The position numbers and the translations under genes are program-made. Positions 41,562 through 54,875 of a DNA stretch of 64,000 nucleotides are shown here, one piece after another. The DNA is from Octopus vulgaris. Taxonomy: Eukaryota. The notes under the pieces are model-generated. The model was not told where the DNA came from. It did no database searches and was given only the letters and a program-made list of their open reading frames with translations. Within the stretch, counting starts at the first letter, position 1. Each line of letters begins with the position of its first letter. Location: NCBI GenBank assembly GCA_951406725.2, contig OX597819.1, positions 59,706,001 to 59,770,000 of the forward strand, given 5' to 3'.

Positions 41562-42151
41562 GTAATGTGCATGTGAATGATGAAAGTGGTTGTCTTTTTT
41601 CCATAAGCTGTTGTATTTATTTAGAGACTTGTAATTCCAGAACATGCTATGATTCATTGTTAAAATTAATTTATTTCTATTAGCCAACTGCATAACTTAG
41701 AAATTTTTTGCAATCATTTTCATAAACCAATCGGCTTTTGGCAATATGCCTAATCTGAAATATTGATTCATGATCTATCTCTAAATTAGCAGGATGTTAT
41801 ATACTCTATGAATTATCTTTCATTGTTCTTTCATCTATTTCAAAATAGTTCTGATCATGTTGATAATAATAATAATGATGATGATGAGGATGATGATGAT
41901 AATAATAATAATGATAATAATAATAATGATAATAATGATAATAACTTTGAAGATAATAATGATAAAGGAAAAGTCTTGTAATATAAATAAATCTGATCTG
42001 AAGCCTTGTTGTGCCCCAGGGTAAAAGCAAGCAGCATGTGTTTGTAATCTTTAATTGTAAAAAAACCCCCAAAAAAACCCCAAAAAGATTTGTTTTCCAT
42101 TTTTATTTGTACTACCAACCATCATCAGCCTATATTTTGAGCTGTTGCTTC

Positions 42152-42290
42152 TGTAAATATCTGTAAATATGTAATTTGTTTATCTGTAACTGGAAAAAAA
42201 AAAAAGAAAAGAAAACCAACAATTGAATAAAAATTTAGTACCACAACAATTTCCTTAAAGAAACATTTTCATTTTTGCATGTGACTCTTA
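42152..42290 (+). terminator. Candidate distal polyadenylation site
   Basis: TGTAAATA x2 (42152, 42162), AATAAA 42226-42231, downstream T/GT-rich element; transposon-dense DNA resumes right after. Confidence 0.45.
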
Positions 42291-42327
42291 TTCTTATCAT
42301 TTTTTGGTTACCTAATCTTTATATTAA

Positions 42328-43610
42328 CCCATTAGCATTTAAACTGGCCATAACTGGCCCAAATATTCTACCTGTTTTATATTCAAACCTGCCAGATCTA
42401 GTCTCTTACACCTACCTTGCAATGTCATTCTAAAAATAAGAAATCACATCCTCACCTGTGCTTGTGCCACATAAAAAGAAGCACTGAGTCCACTCTGCTG
42501 AGTGGTTGGTATTCGGAAGGGTATCCAGCTGTAAAAGTTCTGCCAAAACGGTCACAGAAGCCTGGTGCAGGCTTCAGCCAGGCCGGCTCTTGTGAAACCA
42601 TCCCACCCATGCTAGCATGGAAGAGGGACATTAAACGATGATGATCATCATCATTAGCAGCATCAAAATCTTGATGCTATGAGATAATGCAAGATTAATT
42701 CAAAACAATGTGAATAAATAAGTACAAAGTGCATTCTAGAAGTTAAAATTTTTTTTTTTTTTTTTTGAGAGGCAGTTATAACCGTTCTTGATAATTTTCA
42801 TTTTTTTATATCATTGCTATACATCTAATAAGCTAACCTGTGAACTTTTGTTACTCCAGACTGAAGGAGACAGCTGTAACAGCATTTTGGATACACCCTA
42901 CTAAGACAATTTGAAAGCTTGCTATGCAATAAAGTTTTTTGTTAAGCTGAGCAAAAATGCTACAGAAAATTAGAAATGCTCTAGATTGCTTATGGGTTAA
43001 CTTGTATTAGCCAAGCATGTGTTTTTCACTGGCACAAGAGGCCAGGCAAAGCAAGTCCACCAAGTAGTACATGATGATCCCTCTTTTGGTAGGAAGTGCA
43101 TCATCTACATCTAGGTTCCCTCCGGTCAGATGATCAACAAAGAGTGCCTTGTGGAGGTTTTCAGGGAGATTAAGAAAAGATTTCATCACAAAAGGCCTGA
43201 ACTCTTCCTCTTGGGTTGGTGGCACCTGTGCCAGTCCACAATTCCATCCTGGTAACCGACTACTAGACTGGGATGGGGCATCAAAACTGTCCCTTACCCT
43301 CTCTACAGCCCAGACCTTGTTCCCTGTGACTTTTGGTTGTTCCCCAAGCTGGAGAACCTCAGAAACAGTTGTTTGAAGACATTCAGAAGATGAAGGAAGT
43401 TGTGACAAGGGTCCTGGGCACATTCACTTTGGAGGACTTCCATGGGACCTTCACAGAGTGGCTGGGGTGCTACAGCAAAGGATCCTACTTTGAAGAAGAT
43501 TAGAATTGTGTATTTCTCTGAAATTAATAAATGCCTCTCTCGAAAAAGTCTGAAAACTTCTGGAATTCTCCTTGAATTACATTTGACAAAGTAATCTGAA
43601 TGCTAAAGGG
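42328..43610 (+). mobile_element. piggyBac-like MITE carrying two nested insertions
   Basis: TTAA-cccattagcatt ... aatgctaaaggg-TTAA; body collinear with 11796-11990 once the inserts are removed. Confidence 0.75.
42723..43578 (+). mobile_element. Degenerate, internally deleted mariner transposon
   Basis: remnants of the N-terminal 'AIKF..KL.KNATE' and the C-terminal YSPDLxPCDFWLFPKL motif (~43305-43350); imperfect TIRs ending agaagtt / aacttct. Confidence 0.8.
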
Positions 43611-43769
43611 TTAAGTATCTACTTTGCATTTGATTCTTTTTGATGTGGACCCACCTGAGATTACCTTTGGTTCTATAATACAGGACATATGGTGTAGTGA
43701 TTAAGAGTGTGAGCTACTAACCCCAAGATTCCAAATTCGATTCCAGGCAGTGACCTGAATAAGAATAAT

Positions 43770-44165
43770 ACTCTCTTTTACTTGTTTCAGTCATTTGACT
43801 GCAGCCATGCTGGAGCACCGCCTTTAGTCGAGCAAATCGACCCCAGGACTTATTCTTTGTAAGCCTAGTACTTATTCTATTGGTCTCTTTTTTCTGAACT
43901 GCTAAGTTACAGGGACATAAACACACCAGCATCAGTTGTCAAGCGATGTTGGGAGAACAAACACAGACATACAAAAATATACACACATATATATATATAT
44001 ATATATACATATATACGACAGGCTTCTTTCAGTTTCTGTCTAACAGATCCACTCACAAGACTTTGGTCAGCCTGAGGTTATAGTATAAGACACTTGCCCA
44101 AGTGTCTGGATTGAACCCAGAACCATGTGATTAGGAAGCAACCTTCTTACCACATAGCCACTCCT
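43770..44165 (-). mobile_element. SINE family B
   Basis: match to the family B consensus. Confidence 0.85.
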
Positions 44166-45389
44166 GCACCTGTGTGATAGATTATGTAGGAACCTGACAC
44201 TGTCTTGTTGCCACAAAAATGATGCAATAAGATATAGATCAGACCACATTAATGGGTCCTGAGGAACTAATATGAACTACCATAAATTATCCAGGTGAGT
44301 TACAGAAAGAAATATGAAAGTGAAGATAATATGGTACGTAGAATGTGAAACTGGGGAAAATTTTAGAGTACTGCTGTCTTTTGGTAATGCAAGAAGCTCT
44401 TTCGGTGATCTCACTAGTGCCAGTGGCATAAGAAAAGCACTCACTACATACTGTAAAGTGTTTGATGTTAGGAAAGGCATCCAGCCTTAGAAACCATACT
44501 AAAGCTGACCGGAAACACAATGTAGCCCTGTATCTCACGAGATCCTGTCAAACCATTCAACCCATGCTAATATGGAAGACAGACATTAAATGATGATGAT
44601 GATAAATGTATATCTATAAAACTGGAATTTGAAGAGTCCTCAACTGAATAAAGAAAATCAAATGGCATATATTCAATGTCTAATGTTAACTTACAAATTC
44701 TTTTTTTTTTTTTTTAATCAAACGAAAGGAATCGAGAAATTTCCTGAACATAAGAGGCACTGGCAGATTTCTGCATTGTCAAAGATGTCACCTAATATTG
44801 ATTGATAATAAAGGTGCTATGAATTGGTGATGATAAATAACCATGGTAGTGATACAACAAGAGAAACTTTGGAAACCCTAGAAGTGATTGAATATGAGAT
44901 TCTAGGTCACGACAGTGAGATGCAAACGGTTAGGTATGAAAATGCTTGATCATGCAACCAGATGACATGACACTGGACTGGATCAAGGGATGTGAGGAGG
45001 GGGTAAATGGTTATTTGGAGAATGTTAGGCCTCATACTGTGAACAACATTTATTTGAGATATATGATATGCAAAGGGCTAGATATGAGAATGTTCTGTGT
45101 CAGATACATAGGGAGAAATGTCATACTAGAAATAGCAGCCAAATATCTCTCCTGTCACACTTAAAAATGGAAGGTGGTGTATGTAACCAGCAAAATATAG
45201 TCCTAAATACATTATGGGTATGATTATGGCTTCAGCATCTTTGATCATAGGTCTACTGAATGAGGGCTCACTAGGACGAAACTACAACATGGAGAAATGT
45301 GTTACAGACTAATATAATCTACAATAGAAACAAGTAATAATAATCCTTTCTTAGTTCCTTACTACCCAGCAGAGTCTACTAGCTTCATT

Positions 45390-45820
45390 TCTTTCTTAGT
45401 TCCTTACTACCCACCAGGGGCTAAACACAGAGGAGACAAACAAGGACAGACAATGGGATTAAGTCAATTACATCGACTCCAGTGCATAACTGGTACTTAA
45501 TTTATCAACCCTGAAAGGATGAAAAGCAAAGTCGACCTCGGCGGAATTTGAACTCAAAAAGTAAAGACAGACGAAATACCGCTGGGCATTTCGCCTGGGG
45601 TGCTAATGTTTCTGCCACCTTATAATAATCCTTTCTACTATAGGCACAAAGTCTGAAATTTGGCGGGAGAGGACTAGTCGATTATGTTGACCCCGGTGTT
45701 TCACTGGTACTTAATTTATCATTCCTGAAAGGATGAAAGGTAAAGTTGACCTCAATGGAATTTGATCTCAGAATATAATGACAAGCAAAATAACACTAAG
45801 CACTTCATCCAGCATGCCAC
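45390..45820 (-). mobile_element. Two adjacent SINE family A copies
   Basis: two minus-strand A bodies. Confidence 0.8.
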
Positions 45821-45977
45821 CTTAATAATAATAAAATGAGGAATATGGATACTGATTTTTAACTTTTGCTTTGTGTTCTTAAATAAAAATAAATGAATAA
45901 ATAAAGCAGAACTAACGAAGATGGCTTCACAGTTTTATGCTAAAATACAGTGATTTTCATCCAGCCTACCAACCACA

Positions 45978-47060
45978 TGATGATGATGATGATGATGATG
46001 ATATTATTGTATACAGTGCTTAGGTGCACTACAACTTGTCAAAAGTGCATATAAAGCATATGCAGTAATGTACAAATGTCTGGAAAGTGAACAGTGTATG
46101 AGTCAGATACATGCTTACATGTGTATGGAGGGGAGAAAATCAGGTGTAGTGTTGGCAAATCTCAGGAAGCATGGAAGTTTTGAAGGATGCAGTGCTCTGA
46201 CAACTAACAACTGATGCTGGCAGTTTGTTCCATACTTCAGCAACTCTTAGTGTAAAAAAATGTTTCCAAAAGTCATGGGAGCTGTGCTGTTTTCTTACTT
46301 TGTAAACATGTCCATGGGTGTTAAACAGGCAGAGTTTGAAAAGGTACTCAGAGTAATTGTTAGTAAAATGGTTAATAATTTTATGGGTGTCTGCCAAGTC
46401 AGCTGCCAGACGTCGGAGTTTCAATGTATCCATGCCCAGGGAAGTAAGGCATTCAGAATATGGCAAATGCCTGATGGAGGGTATTCTCTTGGTTGCACAT
46501 CGCTGAATGGTTTCCAGTCGATTAATATCCTGGGCAAGATAGGGGTTCCAGACCAGTGATGCAAATTCCAGGTGAGGCTGCACCATAGCTATATAAAGCC
46601 CCGGAGAGTGGCTCACAAAGGACTTGGTAAGTGATGTCAAGACACTCTCAGCCTTCTTGACAATTTTAGCAATGTGTTTTGTCCAACGCAAATAGCTGTC
46701 AACAATAATGACCAGGTCACGTTCACAAGAAGACTTTTTGAGATTAGTGTTGTGGAGGAAGTAAGTAGACGCTGGGTTTTTCCCCCCAAAATGCATGGTG
46801 GTACATTTGTCCACAGCCAGCTTAAGTTGCCAGTCCACGGCAGCATTGTGTCCAGGTCTGATTGCAATAGAGATCTATAGTGTACAGGATCTGACCTCTT
46901 TATTTCGAGGTACAGCTTGATGTCATCTGCATATTTCAGCACTGTGGCATTCTTTAAGTTGGCATCTATGTCATTAACATATGCAACAAATAAAAGGGGA
47001 CCAAAAACAGATCCCTGTGGTACACCAGATGTCATCTCATAGGGTGAAGAGTGCTGAACA
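45978..47060 (-). mobile_element. 5'-truncated CR1/L2-type LINE (RT C-terminal half, frameshifted)
   Basis: SGVPQGSVFGP, YADD, V.PHLEFAS.VWNPY, FF..RV...WN.LP motifs in overlapping ORFs 46637-47035 and 46140-46838; (CAT)n tail. Confidence 0.95.
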
Positions 47061-48042
47061 TTAAAACAATGATGGTGGTTGTGGTAATGCTGCTTCTCTA
47101 GCCAAGATGATCAGGATTTCATATTTTATTTGTTTTGGCTTGAAGAACATAAAAACATTTCCAATTCAGCCTACCTCCCCAAAATATTTACCAGCCTTTG
47201 CTGTAATATATAGGTTTTAAATATTCTAGCATTGCTATATAAATGTACATCCATTTCTACGAAAACAGTTTTCACTTAAACAAAAATAAATATATATATG
47301 TGTATAGTAAATGAGTTGAACAAATATATGATGAGAAAATTGACTGTACATTCTATTCCCGGTTAATCTAGAATGGATTTCAGACAGACTATGACCACTC
47401 AGTTCAACGGTTATTGACCTTTCATATTAACCCAATATTTTGTCTTGTTCTCGTGCTCTCAGAACACAATGACAATAGCAAGCTAGACGTCAAGGGACAT
47501 AACTGCGGCTGACTAATATAACAAAATATTCTTGGTTCTCAAGATCGGTTGGGATCAGGAGCTCTTGCTTGCTGACGACTTGGTTTTTTGGTGGTACCTG
47601 TAAAGAGTGTTGAGGCGGAAGTTCCAAACATGGAAGTCTAGTTAGGAGTTGAGGGGCCTAAAAGGGGAAATTAGCAGAAACAAGAGTTTGAGTAGAGGGG
47701 AAGGAAGAGAGGATCTTTATAGTATTAGGGGGTGTCAGTGGAAGTTCCTTGGAGTGTGAGCAGTGGAGGCTTTGTAGCTTTGAAGACATGCAGAATAAAA
47801 GATCCCTTATTTGAAATATAAGTGTATTTTAACAATAGAAAGGATTTCCAGCAGTAAAATAATGCCTCAATTAGATATTTGTCTAACCTATGCTAGCAGA
47901 GAAAAGTAGACATAAATTTCACACACACGCACAACAGAATTTAATATAGATCAAACTAACATATAATGAGATATAACTTCAAGTTTCAGATCAGGCCAAT
48001 CTTTCCACACTCATTAGATGAACGTGTTATATATATATATAT

Positions 48043-48082
<40 letters not shown>

Positions 48083-48989
48083 TGGACAGAGCTAAAGACA
48101 GCTGTTGTGGAAGTCCTGTTTGCAAAGACTTTAATGAAGCTAAAAAAAGGGCTATGTTTTAATACAAAAAATGTGTCATTATTAAGGAACAAAGAATTAT
48201 TATTTCACATGCTAGAGGAAAGTTAGAAGGGAGAAAATTAAAAGTGTATGTGTAGAGAGATGAGGGGAGGAAGAGAGAAGTAACTGAAAAGAGAACTAAA
48301 TGGTTTAATAGATGAATGAGTGTATGGAGGGTTGACTGTGAAAAGGGGGTGGGGAGGGTGTATTTGTGTTGACTTCCCTATGATGGCTTGGACCAGTATT
48401 TGAGAATGTACTTCTTCTCATCTAAACAATGTGTAAATATCTCCAATTTGGCATTTAAGTGCATCCTTAAATATTCACATTTTCTCCACTAAATACAGTT
48501 CACATCTACTAATATTGGAGGAAGACTTGCAATTTTCTAACAACCTTAATTTGGGTTCATAGTTTGTGGCTTTCTCTTGAAGCCATCATATGTGCTTTGC
48601 CAGAGCTTAATGTTCTGTTTCTCAAAACATCTGAAGAATGTGGCATGGTTATGTAAGCATTTCTTAAAGGAGCTGACTGTCAATTTCATTTAGCACTTTA
48701 CAGATAGGTCATTTGGCATTCCAAGCTTGATTTCTGCCTCATACACAATATCTGTCTAAATTAAAGTGTAATGATATTTTCTTGATATGCACAGTTCTTG
48801 TATATATTTGGAGGATATTTTAGAAGTCCTCATTCATGGAGTCAGTGCAGATTTTGGCATGAGAAACATAAGTAGTATGTTAAAAATGCTTGGATACAAA
48901 AAGTGAGGGAAGGATGAGAGGTAACATCATCTGGTTAAGGGGATGGTATGTAGGTTATTGATGCTTTGAAGGAAAAGTATAGAAGAGGC

Positions 48990-49540
48990 ACAGGAATGGC
49001 TGTGTGGTAAGAAACTTGCTTCCCAACCACATGGTTCTGAGTTCAGACTCATTGCAGTGCACCTTGGGCAAGTGTCTTCTACTATAGTCTCAGGCTAGCC
49101 AAAGCCTTCTGAGTAGATTTGGTAGATGGAAACTGAAAAAAGCCTATCATATATACCTCAGGACTTATTCTTTGTAAGCCTAGCTCTTATTCTTTCAGTG
49201 TCTTTTGCAAAACTGCTAAGTTACGGGGATGTAAACACACCAGCATCTGTTGCCAAGCAATGGTGGTGGGACAAATACAGACACAAATACATACATACAT
49301 GTATATATATATATATGTATGTGTATCTGTATGTATATGTGTCTGTATTTGTCCCCGCCCCCATCGCTTGGTAACCAATGTTGGTGTGCTTACATCCCCA
49401 TAAATTAGCAGTTCAGCAAAAGAGACCAATAGAATAATTACTAGGCTTACAAAGAATAAGTCCTGGGGTCGATTTGTTCGACTAAAGGCAGTGCATCAGC
49501 ATGGCCACAGTCAAATGACTGAAACAAGTAAAAGAATCAA
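48990..49540 (+). mobile_element. SINE family B containing an inverted B fragment
   Basis: B head and tail on +, minus-strand B piece at ~49160-49290. Confidence 0.75.
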
Positions 49541-49679
49541 AGAAAGGATAGAACTAAACCCTGGCTCACACCAAATATCAGAGTTCATACAATGTGAATC
49601 AGAGTGCTCCAGTGCACATGTTGTAATTGTGTGATCTGACAGGAAATTGCAATCAAGTGGTAGAATGGAAGAATCCATT

Positions 49680-49910
49680 AAGGCAGCGAGCTGGCAGAAA
49701 AGTTAGCACACCGGGCGAAATGCTCAGCAGTATTTCATCTGCCACTACATTCTGAGTTCAAATTCCGCTGCGGTCAACTTTGCCTTTCATCCTTTCAGGA
49801 TCGATTAAATAAGTACCAGTTATGCACTGAGGTCGATATAATCGACTTAATCCATTTGTCTGTCCTTGTTTGTCCCCTCTATGTTTAGCCCCTTGTAGGC
49901 AATAAAGAAA
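49680..49910 (+). mobile_element. SINE family A with TSD
   Basis: agaatggaagaatcca on both sides. Confidence 0.85.
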
Positions 49911-52294
49911 CAAGAATGGAAGAATCCAGGAAATTGACAGAAATTTTTTTAGCAAGAGATCAAACGGAGTGAATGAAGTTTGAGTGGTGAGAGAGATTGA
50001 GGAGTGTGATGCATGAAGGCATCCTTTATAATTCAATAGATGGTGTTGCAAGAATTGTAGTGCTGGGTAAAAGCCATCCAGTTTGCAGGAGTTAGAGATT
50101 TTTAGCTAGGCTTTGTATTTCTTGTTTTTGATTAAGCTTCAGAGCATTTCAGAGATACCTCTTGTCTTTGCTCTTCAGTTTTTTCTTTAAACAGAGATCT
50201 ATCCCAATCAATGGAAACACATCATAGCATGTCCTATTCACATGCAGGAAACGATGTCTGATCCTTCCAAATACAAACTTACAACCCTAACTTCTAATGT
50301 CTCAGAAGTCAAAAAGGAGGTGGTTGTAGATAACCTGTGAGATAAGGAGACATATTGCAGTGTTTTCTTAGACTGGAGTGGGTAGGGCTCTCTCTCTCTC
50401 TCTTCAAGGTCTACAACTACGAGGCTTATTTATAGCTAGTCTAGATAATGTCGTGCCAGACCTGCACTACCTGATCAACAGAGACCTGGAAAGCATCCTT
50501 CAATATCTATCTGCGTACCCCATCATTCATGCCCACTTGATACACCCATGTATCTCACCCTTATCTTCTCTGCTGTATCACATCCCTTAAATTCCAAACT
50601 AAACAAGTAGCCCAATTATTCCTCTCTGGGGCTACAACTCTCTAAAATGTCCTCCCTGTTCGTGCTTCTCCTACATACCTCAACTTTAAAACATATTCAA
50701 GCTGAACATCACTAGCCTCAATTTCACTAGTTTGCAAATGTCATGGACACATTCCCCTTCCTTCTCCTCCTCCGCCTTTGACTAACCAATTATAAACGAG
50801 TCAACGAAGGAGTCTTTACGCAGTTGCTTGACCTGCTTGGAATTACAGACAAATCTCTCAAATCACACATAACCATCTTAAAAAAAGGAAGGACCAAACT
50901 GATATATCACTAAGTCTTGTGTTGTATGACATCTTTAATTAGACGGTCTAGATCTTTAAATAAAAAAAAAATGTTATTTAACTTATTTTAACTGTTATTT
51001 TTAAAAAATATATCTTTACATTCTTTATTTTTTCTTAACTTATCTGTTAAACTTTTCTTTTCCTGAAATAAACAGAAAATATTAAAAGCGCCTCTATTTA
51101 AATCACAATAATTCTATGTTAATAATTGCCAAAGAGTAAGACTCAATATATTTTATGTGAGAATTTTAAGTTTTAATAGTTTAATCAATGCATGAAGAAA
51201 TGTTTTGAAAAATATTTATTAAATAAATTGAAACAATTTTTTTTATATGTAATAAATCTATGAAAGTTTAAGCTTTTGTTTAGTAAGTTTATATTTGTTT
51301 ACTTCTTTTAAAAACATAATACGTACTTTTTCTTAGCAGGAAAAAAAAATAGTAAAAACAGCTGTACAGAAACGTCATTAGTGATATTTTGGGCCCTATT
51401 TCTGGCACATCCGTTTTAAAAACAAAGCAATTTAAATATCTTATCAAAGATAGTTGTAAACATCAAATACATCTAATTATCTTTCGTTAAACGTTATATT
51501 ATGCATAATAAATAACATTAGCTATTGACATTCGATCTTGTTTAAATTAAAAATGAAACTTAGTAATATGTGTTAACGTTATATGTTAAAAGTACGGATG
51601 CCCAAAATTGCTTCTATGCTAAGCGATTATATGGAGCTATTCTGATTACATTTCATCATGGATGCAGATAGTTTCTTTAAAAGAGTAGCTCTTTAAAAGA
51701 GTAGCTGTAGGAACCTTGTAAGAAAAGTCAGGAAAACTTCTGTAAATTACTGATTTAATGAGTTTCTGTTTCCATTGCTTTATTAACTGAGCAAAACTTG
51801 ATTTTTTTTCTTCACATGCACAATGCTATATAATATAAATTGCTGTCATTGTGTATAAGTCCTTGTCAGTCAGTGATCGACTCAAAATATTTGGTTAATA
51901 ATTTTGACTATTATTTATGATATTAAATGAAACGTGACTTTATTCTTGTTCCTCTTCTAATCTTTAAATTTTACTTTATTGTCTTTAAAGTGAAGGAACA
52001 TTAGCTTATATGTTTTAAGTAATGGTTTCAAAAAATCAGTTTGTGTCCTTGTCTGCAAGTATTTACCTTCTAGAATAATTGATAAAATAAATATTTGTAG
52101 GTTCCATCTATATCTAGCAACTGGAACTTGTTTATGCAGCTACCCTCATCGATACACATCACATAATTCCTGTGCAGTCTTCTCTCTTGCAAACTTGATC
52201 TGATGCCTCTTATGCCAAATTTTTCTCTCAATATTTTTGCACTTCTTGTACATGCTCACTGATCTTGCACATCCAGCAGAGTATACTAGCTTCA

Positions 52295-52540
52295 TTTCTT
52301 TCTTAGTTCCTTACTACCCACAAGGGGCTAAATATAGAGGGGACAAACAAGGACAGACAAAGGGATTAAGTCGATTACATCAACTCCAGTGCATAGCTAG
52401 TACTTAATTTATCGACCCCGAAAGGATGAAAAGCAAAGTCGACCTCAGCGGAATTTGAACTCAGAACGTAGCGGCAGATGAAATAGCACTAAGCATTTCG
52501 CCTGGCATGCTAACATTTCTGCCAGCACACCGCCTTAAAA
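52295..52540 (-). mobile_element. SINE family A inserted in an RTE remnant (~52130-52720)
   Basis: TSD atttctttct; flanks resemble the RTE remnant at 18900-19030. Confidence 0.8.
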
Positions 52541-53107
52541 ATTTCTTTCTAGTCTTTGTATGTCCTCTGCATTTAATGGTTTACTTTCCACTGTCATGTA
52601 GCATTGCTGATCTGTTGGTAACAAAAGCCTCTCTCTAAGAGTGGAAGGCAGATTGTATGATGCTTTTGTAAAAGCAGCAATATTACATGGTAGTGAAATG
52701 TGAGCTGTGAATGCAAAGAAAATTTAATAAAATAGGTCAAGTGTATTGGGATCATTCTGTAGAGTGAATGGTAGGAACAAAACTGGGATCTTAAAGTTAG
52801 AAGATAGCTGAGAAATTAGGTCAAGACATAAGAGCACTGAAGTAAATGTGTTATACTGTTTGGGTTTTACACCTTTCAATTTTGTGCTCGAATCCTATCA
52901 GGGTCTCACTAGGATCAAATGCTAGAAATTATTAAAGTGAAATTATAGGTGCAAGCAATAGTTGTGTGGTTAAGAAGGTTGCTTCCCAACCACATGATTT
53001 CAGGTTCAGTCCCACTGTTTGACAACTTGAACAAGCACCTACTCTAGCCCCAAGTTGACTAAAGCCTTGTACTTGGTTTTGATAAATGGAAACTGAAAGA
53101 AACTCAT

Positions 53108-53152
<45 letters not shown>

Positions 53153-53153
<1 letters not shown>

Positions 53154-53351
53154 AATGGAACAAAAATGCAATAGAGGGCAACAGAACATCTGGACAGTGT
53201 AAAGGGCATCTGGTAACTTGACAGACAAAAGAAGGTCACGATTGACCCATCCTTTTTTCCTGTCCCTGTGATTGCTGTTTTTCCAGTCTGCTTTTGTATC
53301 ATCTATCTGTCCAGATGTTTTATTATCCTCTATTGCGTTTTTGTTCCATTT
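53153..53351. mobile_element. ~200 bp foldback/MITE
   Basis: ~45 bp imperfect TIRs aaatggaacaaaaatgcaatagagg...acatctggacag; solitary TIR piece at ~17420-17448. Confidence 0.75.
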
Positions 53352-53839
53352 TTCATATTTATATATACATATAGTGGCATATGTACACTTTCGGCCACCT
53401 TATAGTAAATATATATACATACACACACACACACACATGTATATAGATATATTGGTTGCTAAAACGCACATATCTGAATCGATCAAGGGTTAACCAATAC
53501 ATTGAGTGTAGCTCCTTTTTTTTTTATTGGATTCTTTCCCTGAACAAATGCCCAATTAATGATATTTGATATGAAAATTTAAATTAATTTAATTTAATTC
53601 CTCAACAGCTGTAGGAGCAAGGAATTTGATATTGTACAGAATTGAATATATTCAAATAAATTGATATCTATACATCTGTTTCTCTATTTTCTTTTTCTAT
53701 TATATAAATAATTTACCCATATCCATCAATGAAAAACTAACATCTTTGGTTTTTCACTGATACACTGGATAAAACTGGCAAATTTGGATGCTGACATCCC
53801 TTTAAGAGGATTTTATATCCTTGATTTAATAGAATATAT

Positions 53840-54024
53840 ACTTTTTTACTCTTTTACTTGTTTCAGTCATTTGAGCAAATCGACCCCAGGACTTATTCTT
53901 TGTAAGCCTAGTACTTATTCTATCAGTCTCTTTTGCCAAACCGGTAAGTTATGGGGGCATAAACACACCAGTATCGGTTGTCAAGAGATGTTGGGGAGAC
54001 AAACTCAGACACAGAAACATATAT

Positions 54025-54085
<61 letters not shown>

Positions 54086-54480
54086 ACTTCTTTCAGTTTC
54101 CGTCTACCAAATCCACTCACAAGGCTTTGGTCAGACCGAGACTATATAGTAGAAGACACTTGCCCAAGGTGCCACGCAGTAGGACTGAACCCAGAACCAT
54201 GTGGTTGGTAAGCAAGCTACTTACCACACTTTCATTCTTTTTTTTCTTCTTTTATTTGTTTCAGTCATTTGGCTGCTGCTATGCTGGAGCACTGCCTTTC
54301 ATTGAACAAATCGACCCCAGGACTTATTCTCTGTAAGCCTAGTACTTATTATATCCTTATTATATACTTATCATATCGGTCTCTTTTGCCGAACTGCTAA
54401 GTCACAGGGACATAAACACACCAACATTGGTTGTCAAGTGATAGTGGGGGGCCAGATGCACAAACATATACACACACATA
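53840..54480 (-). mobile_element. Two SINE family B copies
   Basis: match to the family B consensus. Confidence 0.8.
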
Positions 54481-54589
54481 CATATATGTATATATATATA
54501 AATAGATGTGTGTATCTTTCCCTTGTTAACAATTAACATGAAAAATTTAACATACTCGGCCACATGATATATAGCCATCTATGTATTAT

Positions 54590-54875
54590 CAGGCCGAAAA
54601 TGTCGCTAGAAGCTAAGATCACCAAGCATAGATTGGCATATTTCGGTCATATTATGCGGAGAAAATCCCTGGAGAAGGACATCATTTTCAGAATGGTCAG
54701 TGGCAAGAGAAGAAGAGGCCGACCAAGAACCTGCTGGCTTGACACCATCAAGAGTGATACCGGAATGGACATAGACAATCTGAAAGAAGCGGCCCAGGAT
54801 AGAACTGACTGGAGGACACTGATCCAACGAGTAACCGAGAGTCGACTTTGACTGAGTGGATAGATAGATAGATAG
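54590..54875 (+). mobile_element. RTE/BovB-like LINE 3' fragment with TSD
   Basis: SLEAKITKHRLAYFGHIMRR..SLEKDI...GKRRRGRPR..WLD...AAQDR..WR; (GATA)n tail; TSD atgtattat at 54581-54589 and 54876-54884. Confidence 0.9.

Larger units (their letters stand above)
29101..42255 (+). other. Putative very long 3' UTR of Rab40
   Basis: U/A-rich, far fewer intact repeats than the flanking DNA, ends in tandem TGTAAATA, AATAAA and a T-rich downstream tract; extent inferred. Confidence 0.45.
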
